Shown here in pieces: positions 47,607 to 56,511 of a DNA stretch of 61,188 nt (its first letter is position 1; each line of letters starts with the position of its first letter). A model generated the notes under the pieces. The model saw only the letters and a list, made by a program, of their open reading frames with translations. It did not search any database and had not been told where the DNA came from. Source of the stretch: an uncultured Gemmatimonadales bacterium (lineage in GTDB: Bacteria; Gemmatimonadota; Gemmatimonadetes; JACCXV01; JAHWKZ01); contig CAZUIY010000061.1 in the NCBI GenBank assembly GCA_964619975.1, positions 1 through 61,188 on the forward strand. Reading direction: 5' to 3'. The position numbers and the translations under genes were made by a program.

Positions 47607-47827
47607 GTCAGTAATCGTTTAAGTTCATTTGTTGCCGCGTTCATCTCTCGCTGTATCTCCCGCAAAGAAGGAGTTTGACGAGGAACCTGGTGTCGATATG
47701 CACGACAAATTCCAGTGGCATTGATAAATCCTTCACACTTTCCGCAGTAGTTCGCTGTCCGACCAAGAGCGGTTGTTGATTTCATGGGTTCCGGATCCTC
47801 GCCGCAGTGCTTACACTTTTTCATCAA
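47603..47827 (-). CDS. Small zinc-finger-like protein
   Basis: CxxC..CxxC. Confidence 0.55.
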   Translation of the reverse strand: MMKKCKHCGEDPEPMKSTTALGRTANYCGKCEGFINATGICRAYRHQVPRQTPSLREIQREMNAATNELKRLLT

Positions 47828-49914
47828 TTAAAGTTTAATTGGTCAATATCCATTTCTTCATCTTCTGTTGTAAGATCGAAAGAGTTATCAGGCTTTATCG
47901 CTGTTTCGTGGTGTGCGGTGTTGGGTTCACGAGTGATAGTTTCTTGCTTTATTTTTATCTCAGGATGATTCTTTGCCCACTCAGGTATTACTTGCTCCTG
48001 TTTACCCGTCTCAGGGTTGTTCCTAAATGCGAATTTTCCGTTTCTAATGTCATGCCAATGCTTCACGGGGTCGAAACCTTCCAGTGTCTCAAATCCGGTA
48101 ACGTATGGCTTTGCTCGAAGTTGAACGGGTTGGTCTTTTGTTGTTGGTTTCCCGCCTGTTTCAGTTTCTTTAATTTTCCTGACATGAATATCCGTAATGT
48201 TCCAATCCGTAGGATGGTCTACTATCCTGTGAATAGTCCAGAAATCATCTGCCTTGTTACTGAATTTCCCACCGCCTTCAGTGTGTGCTTTCATTGGTGG
48301 TCGCGCGTAACCATCGCCGTCAAACATTCTCAGGGCTTCAGTTACGGCGTGGCAATTCACGATTATACTTAGGTCATTGGCGGCTCCGAATTGCTTCAGA
48401 GCATTGACAGCTGTGTAGTGGAATGAATGCTCATTGACACCGATCGGAACGTCGAGCGAGTTGTACGGGTCAATCATTGCCATGCTGTTTTTCCGAACTT
48501 TGTTTGCAGCCCTGAACATTTCAATGATGTCTCGGTAATTGTACAAATCTTCTTTGTTTTTGATGATTTGGAAATGCTTTTTTACAAACGCTCCCGCCTC
48601 TTTTCTTTTGACCGCTGACATTCCCTTGTAGCTTTCACCCCAATAAAACTCAGATAGTTTCCTGACGACAAACCCATGCCCGTTTTCACCGGTGTAGATG
48701 ATCGAATTTAAGCCGTGAAACATTGCTCCGAGCAGCATAATGAACCATATCACTACCGACTTACCTACGTTGTCATGGCCGTTGATAATTAACAGCGTCG
48801 CAGATTTGAACAACCAGTGTTTATCCAGTTCGGGAATACCGGTAGTTTTACCCATCGGTAAAGTGCCGTTGGCCGCCATTTCCAGATACTCGGAATAATC
48901 TTTTTCGTCTGCTAAGAAATCTGTGACCGGTGTTTCTTCAGTGATTTTTGGCTGCACGTATTCGACCGGCTTTGTCGGTGTGCTTTTCACCGGTTCCATC
49001 CGGTCGCCGTAACCTTCAGCGTACAGTTTCTTTGCGGCTTCATTCCAATCTCCACCACATTCGAGCATCGCGTACACCGCGTATGGTCGGTATGCTTTCT
49101 GCGGTTCAAATTCTGTTGAGGTCGTGAATACACTGAACCAACCCCTACCTTCATCCCAATTGCCCGAATATGCCGCGCTTGTGGTCCCAGGTCGTTTAAG
49201 TAGCGTTTTATCGCCTTTTTGCTTCACAACTACCCATTGGTGCCGTTCCAGCAATCCAACAACGTCTGCCTTCTCGTTGTAGTCGTCAAACGGGGTCAGG
49301 TCTGCAATGTTCCGCGTTTGTCTCTGTGATGGTTTCTTTTCCTCTTTGATTACTTCATTGAACGATCGGCACACACTGATAAGGGTTTCCCGTTGATCAG
49401 GTGTAATTTCTTTGATGTCGTCGAGACTTCCATAAGTCACAGTGTAACCTTCCGTTGGGGCCACAGCAAAGTAACCGCCTTCACCGCGCGTTTCGATTAA
49501 TACTTTCACCTTTTCACCGGTCGTCTTTTCTTCATCCGTGGCCAGTCTTTGCGCCAACTTCAGGTTACCTTCAATCTCGCTGCACCGGTAGATCATGTGA
49601 TAACCACCATTGCGCGTTGTCTGCACGGTCATGAGCGGTAAAATGGTTTCGTCTATTTCGTTTATAGCTTTTTTGAGTTCCGGCCAAAGTTTACCGGTCA
49701 GGTCGTACTTACAATCCACGTCAATGCCTTCTACTCCACCAGATAATTTACCACAGACCATACCCACACCATCACCATTCAGCGGAAAATCTTCAGTTGA
49801 GGTCTGCCAATTTTCAACTATTGGAATTTTGGTTTTTGAAATCGGTATGAGCTTAATTGACATAGGGGAACATTTCAGGGTTGGTCTTAAAATGATGTTG
49901 GATGATCTTGACAT
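47824..49914 (-). CDS. Bifunctional AEP primase(-polymerase) / SF4-like helicase
   Basis: Prim-pol motifs GIDVDCK and TTRNGGYH; helicase TGIPELD..INGHDNVGKS..MIDPYNSL..IVNCH..GGGKFSNKAD..HVRKIK. Confidence 0.85.
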   Translation of the reverse strand: MSRSSNIILRPTLKCSPMSIKLIPISKTKIPIVENWQTSTEDFPLNGDGVGMVCGKLSGGVEGIDVDCKYDLTGKLWPELKKAINEIDETILPLMTVQTTRNGGYHMIYRCSEIEGNLKLAQRLATDEEKTTGEKVKVLIETRGEGGYFAVAPTEGYTVTYGSLDDIKEITPDQRETLISVCRSFNEVIKEEKKPSQRQTRNIADLTPFDDYNEKADVVGLLERHQWVVVKQKGDKTLLKRPGTTSAAYSGNWDEGRGWFSVFTTSTEFEPQKAYRPYAVYAMLECGGDWNEAAKKLYAEGYGDRMEPVKSTPTKPVEYVQPKITEETPVTDFLADEKDYSEYLEMAANGTLPMGKTTGIPELDKHWLFKSATLLIINGHDNVGKSVVIWFIMLLGAMFHGLNSIIYTGENGHGFVVRKLSEFYWGESYKGMSAVKRKEAGAFVKKHFQIIKNKEDLYNYRDIIEMFRAANKVRKNSMAMIDPYNSLDVPIGVNEHSFHYTAVNALKQFGAANDLSIIVNCHAVTEALRMFDGDGYARPPMKAHTEGGGKFSNKADDFWTIHRIVDHPTDWNITDIHVRKIKETETGGKPTTKDQPVQLRAKPYVTGFETLEGFDPVKHWHDIRNGKFAFRNNPETGKQEQVIPEWAKNHPEIKIKQETITREPNTAHHETAIKPDNSFDLTTEDEEMDIDQLNFN

Positions 49915-50839
49915 AAGAATCTTGTAACTTTTCTTCCATTACAAACACAGCTACTTCCTCTGTTTTGCGCGGATCGATTTTATTCCGGATAAGCCTGTCA
50001 AGGTACGTCTCACCTTCTTTGAATTTAGTGTGATCGTATTTTAAAGTGGGTATAGCTGACTGCGCCCGTTTGGTTTCAGATAGGTAGCCGTCAAACTTGG
50101 TGGGACCAAACAGTGTTTCAGGCCTGAGATACTTCGACATTTTAGTGTCGTTCGACCATTCCCGCACCTTTAAGTCAATAACAGCTTTCAAATCCTGTAC
50201 GGTCGCGCCTTCAATTATGCGGCCACTGATAAACTTCCTGTGTGCTTTGGTGGATAGTTTGAAATTCGCACCGGCCTTTTGGTTGAGGTAGGTTAAACTT
50301 TCATCAATTTCAAGTTTACGAAGATTTTTAGCTTCGTCGGCCTCGCGCGCGCCAACACTCACGCTTGCGGTGGGGCTGTTTTTCGTTTTACTCGGAGACT
50401 CACTATCGCCCCCTTGGGGGGTAGGGGGGCATTGTTCTTTACTTCTTTTGTTCTTTACTTCTTTAGTTGTTGCCCTCTTCCTGCCCTCTTCCTGCCCACC
50501 ATCTGCCTTACTGCTTGCCCCTTCATTGTCTTTAGATTGTAATTTATCCCATTTACGTAGGGTTATAAGCTGCCCTTCGCGTGCCTTTTCGCGTGCCACC
50601 TCACCGCTACTAATTAATTTATCCATCGCAACTCTAACTTGTTTTACCGACATTCCAGTGTGCTCGGCTAACTTCGGAAAAGATGTTACTATTTCGCCAG
50701 GTTTTACATCAATACCTTTCCACCTCTTGTTTTCATAATTCACCGCGCAAAGAAGGTACGTTAAAAGACGTGTGGCGTTGTGGTCATCCCACCACTCCCA
50801 ATCAATTAAAGTCCTATGGAGTTTTACCCATCCTATCAT
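49853..50839 (-). CDS. Replication initiator (winged-helix N-terminus, Phg_2220_C-like C-terminus)
   Basis: GWVKLHR.L.DWEW..; C-terminal YLNQK..F..R..EG.T..D...VID.K..EW..M.KYLRPETLFG.KF..YL. Confidence 0.8.
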   Translation of the reverse strand: MIGWVKLHRTLIDWEWWDDHNATRLLTYLLCAVNYENKRWKGIDVKPGEIVTSFPKLAEHTGMSVKQVRVAMDKLISSGEVAREKAREGQLITLRKWDKLQSKDNEGASSKADGGQEEGRKRATTKEVKNKRSKEQCPPTPQGGDSESPSKTKNSPTASVSVGAREADEAKNLRKLEIDESLTYLNQKAGANFKLSTKAHRKFISGRIIEGATVQDLKAVIDLKVREWSNDTKMSKYLRPETLFGPTKFDGYLSETKRAQSAIPTLKYDHTKFKEGETYLDRLIRNKIDPRKTEEVAVFVMEEKLQDSYVKIIQHHFKTNPEMFPYVN

Positions 50840-51165
50840 TGTCCAGCGAATTGAGGTAGGTAAATTTTATCAGATTTAGATCGATTGCATTTATCGCACA
50901 GTATTTGGCAATTCTCAGGTAAATTTCTCCCGCCTTTCATTACCGGAAAAACATGATCGATAACCAGTTTATCGGTAGATCCACAATATGCACAAAGGGA
51001 ATTATCCTTCAGCATTACTTTTCTCATATCCCTTGTGAAAAGACTCGCGTACGTGCGTACACTTCGAGACACGCTTAATCTAATATGGCTCTTGTGGCTA
51101 TATATAGACCTGTAATATTTTATCCAATCAAAAACTGTCCAGGAGTAGTAGTCTCTAAATTTCAT
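50836..51165 (-). CDS. HNH endonuclease
   Basis: CAYCGS..L.IDHVFP..KGG.N..ENCQILC.KCN..K; likely start is the ATG at 51165. Confidence 0.85.
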   Translation of the reverse strand: MKFRDYYSWTVFDWIKYYRSIYSHKSHIRLSVSRSVRTYASLFTRDMRKVMLKDNSLCAYCGSTDKLVIDHVFPVMKGGRNLPENCQILCDKCNRSKSDKIYLPQFAGQ

Positions 51166-51473
51166 TTCGAAAAACTCCCCCAAACAGCAAAGGAAACCCC
51201 AGCGACTCCGGACGGAGAAGAATTTTGGCGATGCTGTAAGGGGGTGTTTTAAATATCATATTACTAGGGTTTCGACGCACAATGTAGAACTTCTTCCCCA
51301 AATCCAAAACTTATGTAAGTCGAAGTTATTAACACGTTCATGTGTAAAAATCACCATTTACACGTAACCACTACTGTTTCAACGTGCCATGCCAGAAATA
51401 AATTTTGACAGAATTTCCCGACCAGTTACACAAGTTTTGGGTGGATTTACACTTTCTTTGGGTTTCGGGCATG

Positions 51474-51502
51474 AAAAAACCCCGCCAGAATGAATGACGG
51501 GG
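51474..51502 (-). terminator. Intrinsic terminator
   Basis: CCCCG/CGGGG stem plus T6 on the - strand. Confidence 0.55.
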
Positions 51503-51552
51503 CAGAAGTGGGGAGAAAGTTCTACGGGTTTTTTATGTTCCTTCAGGGAGCA

Positions 51553-51882
51553 TTATAACGGCTCGAAATTATCCTCAAAGTATTGTTTAGCAACCAACCA
51601 TTGGTCGAGGTGGTTGGTTGGATTCCGAGCAATCATATCTCCTATATGCGGGCTTCCATTTTTCAAGTCGGCATCGCTAATAGACACGGATATCCAATTA
51701 TCGCTTGTTTCATGAACAATTATCATTTTGTGTTTTTCGAATTGTTCAATATCGATAACATCAACAGGTCTTAATTCGGCAATTTGTTTTCTTCGAAACT
51801 TAGTAAAATTTTTCATCTCATTCGTTTTTCCAAATCTTTGGGTGTGGTTATTTATTACCAACACTTTCATTTGAATCTTCAT
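51553..51882 (-). CDS. Conserved phage hypothetical protein
   Basis: GDMIARNP.NH.DQWLVA..YF.DNFEP; the start is probably the internal MKNFTK. Confidence 0.65.
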   Translation of the reverse strand: MKIQMKVLVINNHTQRFGKTNEMKNFTKFRRKQIAELRPVDVIDIEQFEKHKMIIVHETSDNWISVSISDADLKNGSPHIGDMIARNPTNHLDQWLVAKQYFEDNFEPL

Positions 51883-52135
51883 ACAAGGGCTTCCCTGTAA
51901 ATGGACAGAATTTCGCGTACACCATTATTTCTTTGTATGACTGCGTAAAAGTTTCCTTTCCTTTTTTACCCTTCTTTCCGCGATACATACAAGGTAGTGC
52001 TAAATGCCGGTCTTCTGATCCGAGCCAAAAAGTAGAGGCATTGAATCCGGCTTCAGGATCACCGGTTTTGTCTCTGACTTTTTGTTCAACCGCTTCTATT
52101 GCCTTCCAGTTTTCTTTGATGTTGTTTTCCATCAT
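51848..52135 (-). CDS. Hypothetical protein
   Basis: Ends with a FCPFTGK zinc-ribbon-like motif. Confidence 0.6.
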   Translation of the reverse strand: MMENNIKENWKAIEAVEQKVRDKTGDPEAGFNASTFWLGSEDRHLALPCMYRGKKGKKGKETFTQSYKEIMVYAKFCPFTGKPLYEDSNESVGNK

Positions 52136-52297
52136 TCATTTGTTTTGTGCCACTTGCTTGGTGGCGGGGTTATTGTTGCATGCCTTTAAATATCCGTGAA
52201 ATCCCTTTCAGAGTGATCCATCCTATGAACCACACTACCGATAAGGATAATGCGAGCGCGAGTATTGCGTATAGAATTGTCATTATTTCTGTGAGTT

Positions 52298-52735
52298 TCA
52301 TTGTTCGATTGTGTTGAGGTCAACAGCAAGTCCGTGTTGGATAAGGTTGTGGATGTCGAAGTGCCACTCGAACAACAGCCTAACTATCCAGTAAGGGCAT
52401 AACATTGAGTTCCACCATGTGTCAATTGAATCAATAGAGTCTTGAATATAGGTGTCACGTAAGTTTTTATTTTTTCCGAGTCTCTTTAATGTGTCCATCG
52501 GCACAAAAGTCTCCCCGTTGTGTGTGATGGGCTTGGTGAGGTCGGATAATGGGCGAAGAATGGGTTTTTCCTGCAACCTCAAACAGCCGGAAATGGTTCT
52601 TAAAGCTAAGGGGTATGCGTATTTATCATATTCACCATCATCTTCAAGTCCGAACGGCATAGGGTACTTGCCGCGAATCTTCAACCCATACGGCAGATAA
52701 CCCGCCAAATGTTCTAAAGTAAGTTGTTCCATCAC
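52298..52735 (-). CDS. Conserved Bacteroidota-phage hypothetical protein
   Basis: LEHLAGYLPYGLK..KPILRPLSDLTKPI..L.EWHFDI..LI..GLA.D.NT. Confidence 0.75.
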   Translation of the reverse strand: MMEQLTLEHLAGYLPYGLKIRGKYPMPFGLEDDGEYDKYAYPLALRTISGCLRLQEKPILRPLSDLTKPITHNGETFVPMDTLKRLGKNKNLRDTYIQDSIDSIDTWWNSMLCPYWIVRLLFEWHFDIHNLIQHGLAVDLNTIEQ

Positions 52736-52781
52736 TTCTCGTTTTTGGTTAGTATTTCTTTGATTTGCTTTAAATTGTCTC

Positions 52782-54587
52782 TCAATTCTTGAAATTTGGC
52801 CGCGAACCTTGCACGGCGGGTTCTCCGGTGACGGGGTGGGTGTCGGAGGCGTAGCGATATTCTTGCGTTTGAGTTTTCCAAGGGTAGGAGTGTGTTTTTA
52901 CGTGGTGATCAACCATTCTAGGCTTCATTTCTTTTATGTAGTCACCAACCCACATCATCCTCGGAAACTTGTCAGCTTCCGGTTCCATCTTGCTGTCCTG
53001 CGCGGGTTCGATTATGGTCGCCCATTGGCCGTTCAGGAATAAGAAAACACCTTCTACAGAGACCGTACAGTCATTATCGCTATCACACAACTCAATTTCA
53101 ATATCCAACTCTTCAATAGTTCTATTGTTTCCGCTCCACGTGCTTTCAACCACATCACCAACCTTGTACTTTTTCTCGGTCATTTCGGTCAACATCCGCT
53201 CAACCTCTTTCGGGTTGGCGGGGGTGAGGTCATCGTATTCATGAACAGAAACCCACGGTGAATGAAATTGATTACTATTGTCAAGCCATTCTCCATTAGT
53301 TCGAACTCCATAACCGTGAATTCCCCCCTTGTCGTTTATTGAAGTCGCCATAAACATACCTGTCTCGGAATACTTCCACCACTTCCCAACCCGATCAACT
53401 TTCAGAAGTTCACGGGCTCGGTCGTAGTTGCCGTGAGCAACTTCATTCCAGAACTGGTAGCCTTCATCCTTATCATCCCACTTTCCAATTGCAGCAACAG
53501 CGGCAGGCAAATCTTCAGGGTGCAACGTGTAATATTCGGACGTCTCATCCACCTGCCTCAAAGCCCTTTCCGCAATGTCCTCCGGTAGTGTTTTCAGGAA
53601 GTCGGTGAGAGTGGCGCGGCGACAATGCTCTATACGCACTCCGTTCGGCACCCCTAATTCTGGTCGAGCCCAAGGCTTCTCGTTAATACCTTGGATACTT
53701 ATTTCTTCTATCTTAAAAATTGGTATAAACTCTTCCTTACGAAAATCATCTTCCGATTTGTCAGCGTAAGCCATCATCCCCACCTTCAACTCATCTTCGG
53801 TTGGTTCTAGCTCGTTCAAACAAGAATCTTCTTTTTCTTCTTGTATTCTCCTGTCTTCAAAAGATTCGATAAATATAGGTGTGTCGGATGCGTACTCCCA
53901 AGCACTCAATAGTTTTTCTTTGAAGGTTCCCAATTCATCCGAGTCTTGAAACTCAAAGCCTCCAGTTATCTTCCATTCGACATCAGGTATCCCAACAGAT
54001 TGGTCGCCTGAAAACACAACGTAAAACCCATCAATACTCAACGGTTTTTGTTTTTCTGACCCAAACACAAGGGCGCGGGCTTCGGAGAGGGGGATTTCGG
54101 TGCGGGTTTTCGCATCATAATGCGCTTCACCTGCTATACACCCATACCAAAGCTTCCGTTTGAAATCGAATCCAAAAGACTCCCACCCATCAACCCTAAG
54201 TACTTCATGAATCCGGTTCACCGTATCTCTTTTGTTGTCGCTTTTAATAGCGCGTCCTGATAATTTGTGTTTCACCTGCCCAGTTTTCACATCCGACGAC
54301 TGTTCATTTTCACCCCAAGAAAACTCAACCCAATGCTCTTTACCGTCGAAACACACCACACACTTAATACCGATACCACGAAGAACTTCAAAGTCCTGGT
54401 ACTCATCTTCTGTTGGAGGTTCCGGCGGTGTAGACGCGTAGTAGTACTTCAACGATGTTTTTCCTTCTTTCATAGCCCTCAGTATCGAATCGCATTTATG
54501 CCTTAACCCGCTACGTGTATCGATATCCAGTAACAACGATTCAAGGGACTTCTTGATCTGTTTCTGCGGCTTTTTCTCAGTACTCAT
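52782..54587 (-). CDS. 601-aa multi-domain hypothetical protein
   Basis: First gene of the leftward operon; appears to be a string of short unrelated domains. Confidence 0.75.
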   Translation of the reverse strand: MSTEKKPQKQIKKSLESLLLDIDTRSGLRHKCDSILRAMKEGKTSLKYYYASTPPEPPTEDEYQDFEVLRGIGIKCVVCFDGKEHWVEFSWGENEQSSDVKTGQVKHKLSGRAIKSDNKRDTVNRIHEVLRVDGWESFGFDFKRKLWYGCIAGEAHYDAKTRTEIPLSEARALVFGSEKQKPLSIDGFYVVFSGDQSVGIPDVEWKITGGFEFQDSDELGTFKEKLLSAWEYASDTPIFIESFEDRRIQEEKEDSCLNELEPTEDELKVGMMAYADKSEDDFRKEEFIPIFKIEEISIQGINEKPWARPELGVPNGVRIEHCRRATLTDFLKTLPEDIAERALRQVDETSEYYTLHPEDLPAAVAAIGKWDDKDEGYQFWNEVAHGNYDRARELLKVDRVGKWWKYSETGMFMATSINDKGGIHGYGVRTNGEWLDNSNQFHSPWVSVHEYDDLTPANPKEVERMLTEMTEKKYKVGDVVESTWSGNNRTIEELDIEIELCDSDNDCTVSVEGVFLFLNGQWATIIEPAQDSKMEPEADKFPRMMWVGDYIKEMKPRMVDHHVKTHSYPWKTQTQEYRYASDTHPVTGEPAVQGSRPNFKN

Positions 54588-54618
54588 TTTTCCGGGGTTT
54601 AATTTGGTTTATTCCCTC

Positions 54619-54669
54619 CAAATGTAACCATACACCAAAAACAAAAAACAACTTTAACAGAGTTTAACA
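54619..54669 (-). promoter_or_regulatory. Leftward operon promoter: TGTTAA-N4-TGTTAA-N27-TACATTTG
   Basis: Read directly. Confidence 0.75.
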
Positions 54670-54783
54670 AATCCAGCAAACCATTCCGTGGTAATCCGTG
54701 ACTCAACAACCAGTTCAACGGAAAACCCTGTAGTGGTGTGTGGTATAGGTTACTTATGCGTTCGGGGGTGGGGTCGTCACCAG

Positions 54784-54826
54784 GAAAACGGACCCCCAAA
54801 CAGGCCGGGGGGTCGATCCGGTTTTC
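54784..54826. repeat. GC-rich imperfect inverted repeat in the divergent intergenic region
   Basis: GAAAAC-GGA-CCCCC ... GGGGG-...-TCCG-GTTTTC. Confidence 0.5.
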
Positions 54827-55103
54827 ATCCTGTTTTCGCTCGGATTCAGTGGTTACGTTTCCTGCAATAAACGTAACAAACCCCTCTATCATGCTGTGTA
54901 TCATTTCTATCAGTACATGTTATTACTGTGCGCCGCTCTACGTGTACGAAAATCTGTTTATATTTGAACTGTGATACAGTCTGAATCCTATTTGAACGGT
55001 CTCGGCGGGTCTCAGCCCGAGAATAGCGAGACAACAAAACGGACAACCAACTGACGCACAACAGACAAACAGCAAACAATTATTTACCTACCAATTGAAC
55101 GCT

Positions 55104-55633
55104 ATGAGCCAAATAAAGACGGCAAAACCAAAGAAAACCGGTTCCAGGAAGAAAACCGGACAAAAAAAGGCGGGCTCGGGTAAAAAAAAGGTTTCAACGC
55201 GGAAAGTTTCGCGCGTACGTTTGGAGGGAGTAGCCACCTACGAAATACCTACGGAAGAGCGTATAAATGCCACCTTTGAGCGGATGAAATGTCCCGAATA
55301 CCAATCAAAAAGCATCGCTAAGCCTATTGTTTGCGGTCACAACGCTAATGCATGGAGTAAATTGATGTCTCAAAAGGGAGTTACACGCACCACCCTGCTG
55401 AATTGCTTGTTTATAACACGAACCACCTATAAGCGAGCGCTTGAATATCCCAGTCAGTTTTTGACGCTCCATGACCTTTTTTTTTTGCCGCTATTACGGG
55501 CGTGAGCGTAGGAGAGCAGATAGAACTATTATTTATGGGCGCTGCAATAGGTGGGAACGGCAATGGTCCTGCGCTTCGCGCTTATGACAGTTCCTCGGGC
55601 AATAGTCTTTCTTCCCTTGTCTCCGAGGATTGA
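55104..55633 (+). pseudogene. XRE/Cro-like HTH regulator interrupted by a frameshift at a T10 tract
   Basis: With T11 the ORF reads ..TLHDLFFFAAITGVSVGEQIELLF.. to the stop at 55633, completing an XRE helix; T10 at 55477-55486 stops it at 55505. Confidence 0.6.
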
Positions 55634-55823
55634 GGCTGTCATATGTCTGCTCACCGGTGGAATCCATCCATTTGTATATATTGTTATGCGTTCCATTTAT
55701 AGTGGTAAATAATTGCGGTGTGTTCGTAGTGTAGTGAAAGATTTATTTCAGTGTTTTCGGGGGTTGTAGAGCCAACAAATGTTAAAATTCACCTTACCTC
55801 TTGCAAGTGCGCCTATTTACGCT

Positions 55824-55831
55824 TATGTTTG
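55824..55831 (+). promoter_or_regulatory. Early promoter -7 element
   Basis: TTG-N20-TATGTTTG, with a single TGTTAA at 55780-55785. Confidence 0.6.
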
Positions 55832-55857
55832 TTGTGTTCAAATTAATCATTGAACAA

Positions 55858-55947
55858 ATGGCTATCCTCTTGAAAGAAAACCAGCAAGATTGGGTTGATA
55901 AAGCAATCGAAGAACGTGAAACTTTAAAAACGAACGGAATCAAATAA
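55858..55947 (+). CDS. 29-aa first early ORF, not in the ORF track
   Basis: MAILLKENQQDWVDKAIEERETLKTNGIK, directly after the promoter and before a strong hairpin. Confidence 0.4.
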   Translation: MAILLKENQQDWVDKAIEERETLKTNGIK

Positions 55948-56001
55948 CCCCGCAGCACCGGATCTTCATTTGTCCGGTGACTGCTCCAAATCTAAACAGC
56001 C

Positions 56002-56208
56002 ATGAAAGACCTATTCGAACACTACCAAGAATTACCACAGCAAGTACAGCACATCATTCTCGCGTTTGATAACGACGGAATGACCTACGACGACTGTAAA
56101 ACGGCATTAGCCCAATTAGAACCTCTGGGATATACTTTTGAGTATGGGCTGGATGCTGTGCCGTATGGATTAAGGAAAACTGAACCCCAAAATGTTAAAC
56201 TATGTTAA
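56002..56208 (+). CDS. Early hypothetical protein
   Basis: aaacagccATG start; Y..C....LE.LGYTFEYGLDA.PY.L. Confidence 0.7.
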   Translation: MKDLFEHYQELPQQVQHIILAFDNDGMTYDDCKTALAQLEPLGYTFEYGLDAVPYGLRKTEPQNVKLC

Positions 56209-56243
56209 ACCCTTGTGCATTGGGTAGTAATTATGCACCTTTC
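56193..56243 (+). promoter_or_regulatory. Early promoter: TGTTAA-N4-TGTTAA-N27-CACCTTTC
   Basis: Same 27-nt spacing as the other sites; degenerate -7 element. Confidence 0.55.
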
Positions 56244-56281
56244 ACCCATTAACCAGAAAAAACACAACTAAATTAAAAGCC

Positions 56282-56485
56282 ATGATTAAGCAATACAACA
56301 TTATCGGATACCTGAAAGGAAATGAAGTCGGGGTAATAGACACCGACGGAAAATTCAATACTTCGGATCGGTTAGACTTTAATAGCCGGATGTTTTTTGA
56401 ATCCAAAGAAGAGGCACAGAAGTTTATTAACCGATTGAGCATCGAAGAAGAAAATCACCCCGAATTTGAATACTCAATAGAATAG
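56282..56485 (+). CDS. Early hypothetical protein
   Basis: aaaagccATG start. Confidence 0.65.
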   Translation: MIKQYNIIGYLKGNEVGVIDTDGKFNTSDRLDFNSRMFFESKEEAQKFINRLSIEEENHPEFEYSIE

Positions 56486-56511
56486 TAATATAATTTAATC
56501 CAACAAAAGCC

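Noticed and set aside
10572-50738. Numerous + strand ORFs of 60-200 aa opposite the long - strand genes
   Set aside because: They are antisense shadows of real genes, with Ser/Phe/Leu-rich composition and no start context.
50836-51165. HNH as an intron-encoded homing endonuclease
   Set aside because: It is free-standing and coupled to the initiator gene; no interrupted host gene flanks it.
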